A model generated the notes under the pieces. The model saw only the letters and a list, made by a program, of their open reading frames with translations, was not told the DNA's origin and made no database searches. This document shows positions 38,351 through 50,157 of a DNA stretch of 64,000 nt, in pieces. The DNA lies in assembly GCA_053919585.1 (NCBI GenBank), contig CM132790.1; one strand, 5' to 3'. Numbering within the stretch: position 1 is the first letter of the stretch; each line of letters begins with the position of its first letter. The position numbers were made by a program, and so were the translations under genes. The DNA comes from Euprymna scolopes. Lineage: Eukaryota.

Positions 38351-38698
38351 ATCCATCCATCCAGCGCAGCTGCAGCCAAGATTGAACTTATTACACTAGT
38401 TTATAGTGTAATTCAAATCTTGTCGGTAGCTGAATACTTGATGGTTTGCAAGGGTTATCAAGAGTATTTTTTATTGTGACGCCATCATTAGATGGGGTGC
38501 CTACCATGGCTTAAGAGAGTCCCATCTACCAAGAGAAGGATAGACTGCACCAATTTCTCAACCTGGTATTTTACCTCACAGTATATACAGCGCCTTGCCT
38601 TCCCAAATGGTCATCTATCTGGTGCTGGCCAGGCTCAACGTAGCTTAACTTTGGTGATCTGTCGAGAACCGGTATGTCAACGTGATTGTGCCGTATAA
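38351..38698 (-). mobile_element. 5S rRNA-derived SINE (SINE3), family A, full length
   Basis: The reverse complement begins TACGGCACAATCACGTTGACATACCGGTTCTCGACAGATCACCAAAGTTAAGCTACGTTGAGCCTGG...GATGACC (5S-like) and ends in (GGAT)n; TSD ATTCCAGC 38343-38350 / ATTCTAGC 38699-38706. Confidence 0.88.
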
Positions 38699-38783
38699 AT
38701 TCTAGCGTAAAGAGAAATATCATTCCTGGAAAGTGTCTTAGCTAAATAACAAACCAACTTCAATCAACCAACTTAAACCAACC

Positions 38784-39623
38784 ATGGAAAAACTCACTGA
38801 AGATAATAAACCTCTTTCGTCTTCATTTCAAACAGACAATTCCATTGCATCATCCCAAGCGCAAGAATCATCATCACCACCAAGTGAATCTGACCTTACA
38901 ACAAAGATCGAAACGAGCAACAGAAACGCAGGCAATAGCGAAGAGCGGCGATATCCTTGCGAAGTGTGTGGGGTGTCATTTGCAATGAAATCCGACCTCC
39001 AACGACATATTCGAACTCACACAGGTGAAAAGCCATTTTCTTGTGACATTTGCGTTGCATCATTTGCGTTGAAAGGAAACCTAAAAACGCACATGCAAAC
39101 GCACACGGATGAGCGGCCATTTTCGTGCGACGTCTGCAACGCCTCATTCTCACGTCATGCCGTCCTAAACATCCACATGCGCATACACACTGGCGAGAAG
39201 TATTACTTATGTGATGTGTGTGGTGCATCATTCACTTTCAAAGGCAACCTCAAGACGCATATGCGCATACACAGCGGCGAGAAGCCGTATTTATGCAATG
39301 TCTGCAACTCATCTTATCGTGCTAAAACTGATTTAACGATCCACATGAGAACCCACACCGGGGAAAGACCTTATTCTTGCGGTTTGTGTGGCTCGTCTTT
39401 TGCACATAATGCGACATTTCGGCGACATTTAAAAATACACATTGCAAAGAAATGTTGCAAATTGTGCAGTGCAGCATACAAGACAAAATTTGAATTAAAT
39501 GCACACATGCAATCGCACGTGGGCGATAAGCCATATTCTTGTGAAGCTTGTATCATATCGTTATCAAGTAATGCTGCATGGAAAAAACACATGATGAGCA
39601 TGCACACCGGGGAGATTTCATAG
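38784..39623 (+). CDS. C2H2 (Kruppel-type) zinc finger protein, 279 aa, 8 fingers, single uninterrupted ORF
   Basis: Eight CX2CX12HX3-4H motifs with TGEKP/TDERP/SGEKP/TGERP linkers; Ser-rich N-terminus; CAACC-ATG start context; no KRAB/ZAD/BTB domain visible. Confidence 0.92.
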   Translation: MEKLTEDNKPLSSSFQTDNSIASSQAQESSSPPSESDLTTKIETSNRNAGNSEERRYPCEVCGVSFAMKSDLQRHIRTHTGEKPFSCDICVASFALKGNLKTHMQTHTDERPFSCDVCNASFSRHAVLNIHMRIHTGEKYYLCDVCGASFTFKGNLKTHMRIHSGEKPYLCNVCNSSYRAKTDLTIHMRTHTGERPYSCGLCGSSFAHNATFRRHLKIHIAKKCCKLCSAAYKTKFELNAHMQSHVGDKPYSCEACIISLSSNAAWKKHMMSMHTGEIS

Positions 39624-39758
39624 TTTTGTGCAATTTTATGTTGTTAATTACTCTTGAAACATACTTAAAAGTTTATATCATGTTTATACTGAACATAAAT
39701 CGATTTTTTGTTTATTTTTGTGTTTCTGAAACTTTACATAAGTTATTTAGTAATTTAT

Positions 39759-39975
39759 TAACCCTAACCACTAAACCTGACTAACCCTAACCCTAAAACA
39801 TAACCCTAACCCTTACGTTAATCTCTAACCCTAATATAATCATAGTGTGTGGGAAATAACTTTATTTAACCCTAACTCTAACTTTAACTAACCCTAATCC
39901 TTAACCTCATCCTTAACTCTAAAATAACCACAAAACTTAACTCTAACCCATACATTAATCCTAACCCCTACTCTT
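39759..39975 (+). repeat. Degenerate (CCCTAA)n tract; second tract at 40700-40826
   Basis: Repeated AACCCTAACC/CTCTAA variants. Confidence 0.8.
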
Positions 39976-40097
39976 ATTTCTAATATAAAGATAACTGTCT
40001 AGAAGCTCCCGGCTGGCCCCATTAATTTTTTTTTTTCAATATTTTCCCCAAAAATCATTTGCTCGTTTGTCGCGCATTGATCTGCGTCTTATGTCAG

Positions 40098-40525
40098 ACT
40101 AGCCTGGGTGCTTGGCATTACCTGGGTGTTTGGAGCAATAAAAAAAGTAAGAAAGTGGTAGTAGGCAAGCAAGCTCGAACCGTTCCACGAAGGAGAAAAT
40201 AAAAGTGAAAAAAAAGCCTCACTTCTTTGCCATTACGTCTATTGCCAAACTGGAAGTGGCAAAGTTTTAAATTAAGCCTAGTCAGATGAAAAGAGGGGAT
40301 GATTTTCGAAAATATCAGTGAAAAAAGTGACCCCGCCTTGTAAAAAAAAGTGCCCAGTGAAGAAATTAATGTTTTTAGCCAATTTTTCGATATTTGGCAT
40401 CTGAAAGGTCGAGCTTCAAAATGATACCAATCTCGTGAAAATCCATTGCCTGTCGAAAGTTTTAGGCAGACATACAAACAAACATACATACATTTAAACA
40501 CACAGGTGAGATTTATATTATAGAT
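40098..40525 (-). mobile_element. Non-autonomous Helitron-like element
   Basis: The minus strand starts ATCTATAATATAAAT followed by a (TGTA/TTTG) microsatellite and ends with a GC-rich subterminal tract and CTAGT. Confidence 0.65.
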
Positions 40526-40914
40526 TACAGTAAAACCTGAATGCATGACGTTATGTTCCAAGCAAAGCTGAGTGGAGGGTCAGTTATGCACGGTTCAAAT
40601 TCTGCACAAGTACCAAAAGTTTGCATCCTATTCATACTGAACACAAACCTATTTTTTATTTTATCTTGCTGAACCTTTAAATTAGTGAATTAATGATTTA
40701 TTAACCCTAACCCCTAACTCTAACCTTAAAACTTAACCCTAACCCCTAAGCCTAATTCTGATATGACCATGGTTTGTTGGAAATAACTTTATTTAACCCT
40801 AACCCTTATCCTAATCCCTAACTCTAATATAATGACAGTGTATGGGAAATAACTTTATTTAAACAATAGAATCGATTGTTAACTCTATTTAGCCATGATT
40901 ATATAAAATAAATT

Positions 40915-41132
40915 GACATTTTGATGATATTTAAAAATGCACGCTGCAAAGAAATGTTGCAAATTATGCAGTGCAGCGTACAAGACAGAGCTTGAATTGA
41001 GTGCACACATGCAATCGCATGTGGGCAATAAGCCATATTCTTGTGAGGCTTGTATCATTATCGTTATTGTGTAATACTGCATGAAAAAGTACATGATGAG
41101 CATGCATACTGGGGAGATTTAATAGTTTTGTG
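40915..41132 (+). pseudogene. Duplicate of the ZNF 3' end (fingers 7-8 and stop region), frameshifted
   Basis: AAKKCCKLCSAAYKTELELSAHMQSHVGNKPYSCEAC... is collinear with 39415-39632. Confidence 0.9.
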
Positions 41133-41137
41133 TGAAT

Positions 41138-41363
41138 CTGTGGAATACTGTTATGCTCACCTGCTTCCCGATTGAATAGAATATAGTAACCTTCAAATCT
41201 AATTTAAACAAGTTCTTGTTGAGCCATCCCCACAAATAATAAAATTCTACCTTATTTACATCATTAACAATTACTAATCTACCACCTTACATTCATTAAC
41301 CCTTATCAAGGTTTAAAAGCCACTCAAGGATAAGTGGTGACTCTCAAAAAAAAACAAAAAAAC
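41138..41363 (+). mobile_element. Short 3' tail of a CR1/Zenon-like LINE
   Basis: CTGTGGAA...TTCAAATCTAATTTAAACAAGTTCTTGTTG...GGTGACTCTC-A-rich tail resembles 17793-18028. Confidence 0.7.
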
Positions 41364-41565
41364 AACTCTAATCTTAATATAACCACAGTGTATGGGAAAT
41401 AACTTTATGAAACTTTTATTGAAACAATGGAATCATTCATTTAAATCTCTAATTAGCAATGTTAACGTAACAATAACACAAGGGAGAAAAACTCTATTCA
41501 ATTTCCATTTAATCAATCGAATTCAACATTAACTCGATTTAGCCACGATTATATAAAAAAAAAAA

Positions 41566-41993
41566 TCTAATATATAAACGGCTATATGTCTGTTTGTCTG
41601 TCTCCATATTTTCAAACTTTATCTCCTCCAAAACTAAAAATCGTAGAGCGGCGCTAGGGGCTTCGACTGATTGGATTTTTTATGGGCCGTTCTTTTATGG
41701 ATCATTAGCCAGTTAAATTTGTTTATAAGGGTTTAAAAATGGGTCAAAATTGAAAAAAAATCATTAAACATTTGATTTTTGATCGATTTATATGCGTCAC
41801 GTTGGTACAGTGGTAACGTCACCAGCTTTGAATGCTAGTTTCGGTTTTGATTCTCGGTGATGACACCTAAATACTTGTTTTTTACTTTTTGAAATCATGA
41901 CACTATAATAATATATACAAAATCTTCACAAATTAAAATATCATATTTAAGCATATTTTGCCTGGGGAAATTTGTCCCCCCCCATCCCGCTAG
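41566..41993 (+). mobile_element. Non-autonomous Helitron-like element with an internal tRNA-like segment (41796-41865)
   Basis: A|TC start followed by a (TGTC/TTTG) microsatellite; 3' GGGGA..TCCCC hairpin then CTAG|T; internal TGGTACAGTGGT (A box) and GGTTTTGATTC (B box-like). Confidence 0.65.
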
Positions 41994-42283
41994 TTTAATC
42001 ATAATTAACAATTTAACTTTTATTTAATCAAGATAAATCCTAAAAATCTCTAATGAGATGTATTAATATATAAAAAAATGAAAGGATGTAACTTCTATTC
42101 GATCAACATAATTTTGCCATTAGCGGCGTTTATATAATAAGGGAGATAACTATTTAATTGCTATTTAAACAATAGAATTGGCCGTTAGAATCTCTATTTA
42201 ATAGGTAAAGGAAAAAATGGGTGGATAGAGGGACCTTGTTTTGAAAGCCGATTTATCATAATTTTTTGTAGGTTTCCGACTAC

Positions 42284-42697
42284 TTTTTGATTGTATTTGA
42301 AAGATTAGAGACTAAAGTTAATTTTTGATTGTATTTGAAAGATTAGAGACTAAAGTTAATTTTTGATTGTATTTGAAAGATTAGAGACTAAAGTTAATTT
42401 TTGATTGTATTTGAAAGATTAGAGACTAAAGTTAATTTTTGATTGTATTTGAAAGATTAGAGACTAAAGTTAATTTTTGATTGTATTTGAAAGATTACAG
42501 ACTAAAGTTAATTTTTGATTGTATTTGAAAGATTACAGACTAAAGTTAATTTTTGATTGTATTTGAAAGATTAGAGACTAAAGTTAATTTTTGATTGTAT
42601 TTGAAAGATTAGAGACTAAAGTTAATTTTTGATTGTATTTGAAAGATTAAAATTAATTTTTGACTGTATTTGAAAGATTAGAGACTAAAGTTAATTT
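42284..42697. repeat. 38-bp tandem repeat, ~11 copies
   Basis: TTTTTGATTGTATTTGAAAGATTAGAGACTAAAGTTAA repeated near-perfectly. Confidence 0.97.
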
Positions 42698-44692
42698 CCT
42701 AAAGGAAAAAAAATATTTGTGCATGTGAAAAAAAAAGTTATGAAAAATGTTTTTACGGCGAGGTAACCAATTTAGGTAAATTTTGAAGTTAAATAAATTC
42801 ATTGTAAAAATCCTTTAAAAGATAAACATTAATTTTCTAGGTCTATTTCCTATTTTAGTAAAGTCCTAACATTGAATTAAATGAAAAAAAAACAAAAAAA
42901 AAACATCTTGTTTGTGCAAATATAACTTAATTAGCCTTCAAAAAGCAAGTAATTGTACGGTTCGCCAAAAACGCAACAAATAAAGGTTTGTAAACACGAT
43001 TATATGAAAGCCCAAAATTATAGCCAATCAGAATGCTGTTTCAAAATGAAGTCATGATAGTAAAAGGAGGTAGGGGTGTCAGATTTCTTTTTTTTTTCCC
43101 CCAGACGTGAATCCGTACAATCCTAATCTGAAGGTTTATATCAATTTTTATCATTTTTTAATTTAATTATTTTTTATTTTCCTGTTTTTAAATTAAATTT
43201 TTTTTTAATTATTGTTCGAGATTATATAAAAATTATGTTGCGCTGAAAGTTTCACATTCTTGCGAGCAAGGAACTTATTAAAATCTTGCATATAAAAATT
43301 ATGCAAAATCTGTAATTTCAAAAAAAAAAAGTAGAAATATTTTTGCAATTATAATTTTTTTTGTGTGAAAATGTTAAATAAACAATGCTATGCTGTAATG
43401 CAATTATAATATCGGTAGTTTGAGAAATTCATTTTTCTTCGAGTTATATCGAATTCATTAATACGGACTTTAGGGGCTTTTTTTTTTGTAATGTCCGTGT
43501 AAAAATTATTTTATTTTTCTTTTATTGTTACAAATTACGATGCTTTATTTATATAAAGGAAGCAAAATTAAATTCTTGCGTTTTTTTTTATTTACTACTG
43601 AAAACCATAACTTTAGTAAAGGTATTTTTTGTTTAAGCAAAATAATACATTTTCACTAATATTTAAATAAAAATAATTAGTTCATTATATTCCGCGATCA
43701 TTACTTGATAAATCCTGAAAATATTATTAAAATTGGTTAATTTCCTGATTTTTGGTGAATTTTTAAGTAAAGGGAGGGGTCAAAATGTTTATACATTTGG
43801 ATCATCGGCATTCATTTTGCTAAAAATGTAAGTGTAATACCTATTTAACATCTAACCATTATTATGCGACCTTAAGATATCAATAATGATCAGGAGATAA
43901 TTTTTATTTAATCAATATAATCGGCAATAACAAAATGTATTTAGCCAGTAAATATAACGATAATTTAAGGGAGATAATATATTCTAACTTATATTTAATC
44001 GATATAATCTCATTTCTGGCATTTATATAATAATAAAATTAATGTACGGGAGATAAATCTATTTTACTTAATTTAATCAATAAAATTGAACATTAGAATC
44101 TCTAACGGTGTTAATACACACAAATGTAAGAGAAATAACGGTTATTTAATCGGCTCTTTAACTGAGTTAACATAAAAATACTTTCAGAATGATAATTATA
44201 TTTAATTTCAATTTAATCAATATAATCCGTTATTAGTTACCTTTCTTTAACATCGTTTATATAACAATAATGTAAGGGAGATTACTCTATTTTCTATTTA
44301 ATTTAGAATCACTTTAATTTAATCAATAAATTAGCCATTAAACTTCTGTTCAGTGGAATTTATGTATTTTGCCAACATGTAAAGGAAATGAAGGCTCTCT
44401 TGCAGTTTAAACCAAAATATGATGGAAAATACTAAGACATATTTGGGGTTTCACCGCTTGTAAGAATATAATTTGATTGGTTATTGAAATTAACGTAATG
44501 TAAAAAATTAAAAAAAAAAAAAATTGTTAAAGAATTTAATTATTTTTTTAATCATTAATTACTTAATTATTATAAAACTATATTATTGTAAAATAATTTT
44601 TAAAAGCCATGCAGTTTGATTAGTTATTGAAAGTTAAACATTTTATTTTATTTTAAAATTAGAAAAAATCTAGTAAGATCTCATTAATACTA

Positions 44693-44805
44693 AGCAAAAA
44701 ATCGAAAATGCTATATAAGAAAACGAAATCGCAAATGCAATATAAGAAAACGAAATCGAAAATGCAATATAAGAAAACGAAATCGAAAATGCAATATAAG
44801 AAAAC
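44693..44805. repeat. 27-bp tandem repeat, ~4 copies
   Basis: GAAAACGAAATCGAAAATGCAATATAA. Confidence 0.9.
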
Positions 44806-45003
44806 CTACAACAAATGATCATGTACTAACGCCGCAAGAATTACATGACGTAAAATGTTTCTCATATTATGGATTTGAGAACAATATCATTTCGAATTAT
44901 GTTTATTTGTTTCTGTATTTGATAAAAATCGTTTAAAAAATTTTTCTGCATTTAATAAAAAATATTGTTTTCTAATATTGTTTCCATTTAATTTTATTAC
45001 ATC

Positions 45004-46018
45004 AATTTCAATATTGTTCCATTTTAATTTTAAAATTCTTTTACAATTACGTTAATTTCAATATTGTTCCATTTTAATTTTAAAATTCTTTTACAATTAC
45101 GTTAATTTCAATATTGTTCCATTTTAATTTTAAAATTCTTTTACAATTACGTTAATTTCAATATTGTTCCATTTTAATTTTAAAATTCTTTTACAATTAC
45201 GTTAATTTCAATATTATTCCATTTTAATTTTAAAATTCTTTTACAATAATTACGTTAATTTCAATATTGTTCCATTTTAATTTTAAAATTCTTTTACAAT
45301 AATTACGTTAATTTCAATATTGTTCCATTTTAATTTTAAAATTCTTTTAGAATTACGTTAATTTCAATATTGTTCCATTTTAATTTTAAAATTCTTTTAC
45401 AATAATTACGTTAATTTCAATATTGTTCCATTTTAATTTTAAAATTCTTTTAGAATTACGTTAATTTCAATATTGTTCCATTTTAATTTTAAAATTCTTT
45501 TACAATAATTACGTCAATTTCAATATTGTTCCATTTTAATTTTAAAATTCTTTTACAATAATTACGTCAATTCCAATATTGTTCCATTTTAATTTTAAAA
45601 TTCTTTTACAATAATTACATCAATTTCAATATTGTTCCATTTTAATTTTAAAATTCTTTTACAATAATTACGTCAATTTCAATATTGTTCCATTTTAATT
45701 TTAAAATTCTTTTAGAATTACGTTAATTTCAATATTGTTCCATTTTAATTTTAAAATTCTTTTACAATAATTACGTTAATTTCAATATTGTTCCATTTTA
45801 ATTTTAAAATTCTTTTAGAATTACGTTAATTTCAATATTGTTCCATTTTAATTTTAAAATTCTTTTACAATAATTACGTCAATTTCAATATTGTTCCATT
45901 TTAATTTTAAAATTCTTTTACAATTACGTCAATTTCAATATTGTTCCATTTTAATTTTAAAATTCTTTTACAATAATTACGTCAATTTCAATATTGTTCC
46001 ATTTTAATTTTAAAATTC
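45004..46018. repeat. 50/53-bp tandem repeat, ~19-20 copies
   Basis: AATTTCAATATTGTTCCATTTTAATTTTAAAATTCTTTTAC(AAT)AATTACGTT; period 50 (45004, 45054), with +AAT variants. Confidence 0.97.
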
Positions 46019-46647
46019 ATTAACAATAGCCAATCAAATTACATTCTTACATACGGTGTAGTCCTAAATATGTCCCAGTATTTTGCTCATATTTTGATTT
46101 ATAATCAATATGATCGACCATTAGAACCTCAATTTAGCGGCAGTAACAATAATGTATTGGAAATAATTATTGATTTTTTTTCAATCACTCTAATCAGCAA
46201 CTGCAGCTATGGGTCAGTATAACAATAATGTAAGGGAAATAACTCTCTTCAACTTCTTTTTAACCAATATAATCAATACAATCGAACCATATTTATTTAC
46301 TGAAGTTAAACTAATAAAAATTTAAAGGTGCTAAGTCTATTATTAAACTTTAATCAATATAATTGGTGATTAGAACATCTTTTTAGCAGCGTTAACACAA
46401 CAAAAAGTGAGGATGAGAACTCTTAAAATTTTATTTAATAAACATAATTGTCCAAAAAGAAAATCTGTACATAGCGCCGTTAAAATAAAAATGTAGGGGA
46501 GATAACAATATTTAAATTTGTTACATTTAAGACAATCGACAATTTTAATATTTATTTAGCCACGTAAATACAACAAAAACATTAAGTAAATAACAATATT
46601 TAATCAGCATTAAAGCAATACAATCCCCCATTAGTGCCGGTAATATA

Positions 46648-47482
46648 CGAGTTGCTTTCAATAAGTTTCCTGAATTTCTTTTGTATAGGCACTTTTATTG
46701 GTAGTACACACATGAAACTCTAGTCCCCTTTGAAGTAATCTCCTCCGACTGCAATGCACCTCTACCATTCCAACAACTTCTGGAAAGCTCCATAGAAGTT
46801 CTCTTGTGTGAGCGTGTCAATGACCCTTGTCACAGCCCCTTTCATCTCCTCAATTGTCCCATAACGATAGCCTCTAAGGTTTTCCTTGAGCTTAGGGAAT
46901 AACCAAGTCACAGGGGACAAGGTCTGGAGTAGAGGGAAGAGGAATACCCATCTTTGTCAAATAATCTGTGACAACGATGGAGCACCCTTGGGACAAACTT
47001 TGTGCAAATCTTCCACATCTTCAGTTCCTTATAAATAATTGTGTGTACAGTTCCCACACTGACATCAACCTGTGCACTTATTGTCTCTATAGACACATGA
47101 CAGTCCTTAATAAAAAATATTGTTTTCTAATATATCTCTTATACCACTCAAAAACTGATGCTCCAGTCATGCAAGATGGTCCAAAAGTATTCCATACTTT
47201 TCTGTGGCATTTTTTTCCAAGTTTAAATTTTATTGCAAATACTTCTTCTAAAGTGTCCTCACATCCAGACTGCATTTTTGAAATTCATCAGCTGTGACAA
47301 TTAGGCTTTAATAGGATGTATTCCAATTCCTGTTGTAGTTGTTCATTTGAACCTAAAATCATAAAAATTGGTCAGTTACCTGATAAGATGTATAGCAATA
47401 AAATACTGAATTTTCAAGAGTCTACAACAATTTTAAATGTATGTAAAAAAAAAAAATTTGGAAATTAATTGAAGGCCTCTTG
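46648..47482 (-). mobile_element. Internally deleted mariner (DD34D) element
   Basis: Degenerate TIRs with TA on both sides; MQSG.EDTLEE..AIKF.LGK...SVFEWYKR, KICTKFVPRVL (WVPHEL-equivalent) and a frameshifted YSPDL.PCD.WLFPKLK remnant. Confidence 0.9.
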
Positions 47483-47789
47483 TAAGAATACGTTGAGGAT
47501 GATAACTTTATTTAACTTCTACTTAGTCCATAGAATTAGCAATTAGAAGATCTATTTAGCAAGGTTAATATAAAAATTATGTGTAAGAAATAACTCTTAT
47601 TGCACTTCTATATAATTAATACAATAAGCTCTTTGAACCTCTATATCACGGAGATCACAGAGTTAACAATTTAATGGAGATAACTAACTTTTTTTCAATC
47701 AATATAATCACATTTTTAATTTCTATTTAGTGGCTTTAATATCACAAAAATATAACGGAGACAATTCTGTTTAACTAGTATTAAAGCAA

Positions 47790-48031
47790 GTATGGCACAA
47801 TCACATTGACTCACTGGTTCTCGCCAGATCATTGAAGTTAAGCAACATTGAGCCTGGCCAGTACCAGATGGGTGACTATTTAAGAAGGCTATGTGTTGTA
47901 TGTACCTTCTGGGATGGTTGGACTTGTGGCCAGCACCCTCACCCTGAAAAAAGAACTCCTTGCTATAAAAGTATCTACAAAATTGTAGATGGCCTATGCC
48001 CCTCTAGGGGCTCAAGGCTATGGATGGATGA
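47790..48031 (+). mobile_element. 5S rRNA-derived SINE (SINE3), family B
   Basis: Head GTATGGCACAATCACATTGACTCACTGGTTCTCGCCAGATCATTGAAGTTAAGCAACATTGAGCCTGGCCAGTACCAGATGGGTGAC; TGGATGGATGA tail; perfect 13-bp TSD AGTATTAAAGCAA (47777-47789, 48032-48044). Confidence 0.9.
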
Positions 48032-48287
48032 AGTATTAAAGCAATATCGGATACTAGAACGTCTAATTAGCATAATTAATTTCACAATACCTTAAACAAA
48101 GTAATTCCATTTAACGTGCGCTTAAAACCCGCCCTCAATAATCTTGACTTTCCAAACACACACATTTCAACTTCCTACTCTTTTTCCTCACACCTAGTCA
48201 AATACCAACATCTTAATGTTGATAAACTTATGTAACTACTATTTATCAACCAGCGCTGGTAGCAGCAGTACTTGCAGAACACAGAGT

Positions 48288-48950
48288 TTGCTGAAAAAAT
48301 GCTGGGATCATTCTACTGCTCCAGTAGATATCTCACTGCTGATGTAATTCTCTATTTCTATAAGAGCCAAATACATCCTATGATAGCACGTCTGGGCAGG
48401 AACTGTTAGAAGCACCTTGTCCTGCCTTGACAGAGTTCAAAATAAACTTTGTAGCTTAGTAGGGGATGCTTTTTTCTCTTTGCAATCTCTTTCCCTCAGA
48501 AGAGACATTGCAAGCCTGTCTCGGCTTTATCGTTATTTTCATGGCAAGTGCTCGTCTGAGCTCCAATCTATGGTCCCCCTCATGCCACACTTTCATGAAA
48601 AACACTCGTCTAGATGAAACCACTATCAATAATTTCTCCCATTCTTTATCTGTGCCTAAACATAAATGTAGATTCCATGAACAAAGCTTCTTTCTTAGAA
48701 CCGCACACCTGTGAAACTCTTCCATTTCCCTGCTTTTCAGCTGACTACAATATGGTCGTCTTCAAGTCCAATGTAAACAAGTTCTTGATGATCTGCCCCC
48801 TTAAGTAATTCAATTTACCAAATTTCCACTACAAACAATTACTACGATATTGTCCTATTGACTACCATACACTCGTTAAATGTTAAACTCGAGTGGTCTC
48901 CAAATAATACATGATAAATGGTGATTCCTTTGTAAAAAAAAAACAAAAAA
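48288..48950 (+). mobile_element. 5'-truncated CR1/Zenon-like LINE 3' end
   Basis: Collinear with 17346-18028 (CLDRVQN..., LQSLSLRRDIASLS.LYRYFHGKCSSEL); A-rich tail. Confidence 0.92.
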
Positions 48951-49539
48951 CATTCCTACTCCAGCTCTCTACTGGTCCTCCAACACCTCATGCTCCAGCT
49001 TCTTCCTGCCTTAGTTCCTTTCAGCAATTCCTGAATATAGCCTCTGACTCCTTGTTTCAGTGCCCCTCAATGTCAGACTCTCCGTTCCAGTGACCGTCGA
49101 TGCCCAACTCCAAGATCCTGATTCCTCACTTCCTTTCCTGCAACCTCTGTTCCTGTTAATCCAGACCTTGGCCACATTCATGCAGACTGGACCTACCTAA
49201 GACATATCATCACACCTCAGATACATCCACATCAATCTCCATGTGACATTCCATGCTGTCTAGGATCCAATTTCCATATCTCCAACCTTTCCAGTTTTCC
49301 AATGTCCTGTCTCTGCTGTTGTCTAGGTACATTTCCTGTTATTCAACCTTTCTTGCTTCCAAACTTTTCTATGAACCAACTTTCTCCAGTTCTACATTTT
49401 CCGCATGTATTTATCATGAAATAAAAACATTTCTTTTATGATTGTTTGTCATTTTTTTCTTTGTGTTGATTTCCTTAGTTTTGATCAGAACCTCATCTAT
49501 CAGGCTACTGCAACAAATCTTTATTTATCAGAGATAATA

Positions 49540-49640
49540 CAGGGTGTGGCATGAATACTGTTACAAAATAAAAGTCAGATTTATCCCAACAAAATAATTT
49601 ATTACAAAACCCAATTACAGAAAATGATTAACAAATACAT
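49540..49640. mobile_element. Orphan duplicate terminus of the DD37D element
   Basis: TA-CAGGGTGTGGCATGAATACTGTTACAAAATAAAAGTCAGATTTATCC...ACAAAACCCAATTACAGAAA matches 49852-49925 + 50167-50190 without the SINE. Confidence 0.8.
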
Positions 49641-49925
49641 TTATGAACAAATCCTTCCACTCAGAGGAGGGGGTTGTGCCTGGATCTCCCTTCGTAAAAT
49701 GTGAAATTATTTATTCTCTGGATGAGTTGTGGTACACTAAACCACACGCTCTTATTTTCAGAGCTGCCTTGACCGACACAATGAAAGACATGACATCATC
49801 ATCTGTGTTACTACGCCATCATTTTCCACACAATTTACTTCAAACTATGTACAGGGGGGGGGGCATAGATACTGTTACAAAATAAAAGTCAGATTTATCC
49901 AACAAAATAATTTATTACAAAACCC

Positions 49926-50157
49926 CGCGAGGTAAAAATACCACGCTGACAAACTGGCATGGTCTATCCTTCTCTCAAGGGTAGATCGGACTCTTTTAAG
50001 CTGTGGTAGGCACCCCATCTAGTGATGGCATCACGATAAAAAATGCCTTTGATAGCCCTGGCGAAGCATCAAGTATTCAGCTACCGACAAGATTTGAATT
50101 ACACTACAAACTCATGTAGTGAGTTCAATCTCAGCTACGGCCATGCTGGATGGATGG
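49926..50157 (+). mobile_element. 5'-truncated copy of SINE family A (head missing)
   Basis: Reverse-complement homologue of 38351-38580; GGATGGATGG tail; 9-bp TSD ACAAAACCC (49917-49925, 50158-50166). Confidence 0.9.

Larger units (their letters stand above)
44408..46101. mobile_element. Non-coding TIR element (~80-bp inverted ends) containing tandem arrays
   Basis: 44413-44487 CAAAATATGATGGAAAATACTAAGACATATTTGGGG...TTTGATTGGTTATTG is the diverged reverse complement of 46021-46096. Confidence 0.8.

Noticed and set aside
38580-38698. Functional 5S rRNA genes (also 47790-47905)
   Set aside because: Diverged, lack a T-run terminator, and are attached to bodies, tails and TSDs; these are SINE heads.
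38896-39607. Antisense ORFs over the ZNF
   Set aside because: Shadow frames of the C2H2 coding sequence.
40545-40615. B-box-like GGTTCAAATTC followed by ACCA
   Set aside because: No A box or cloverleaf recoverable.
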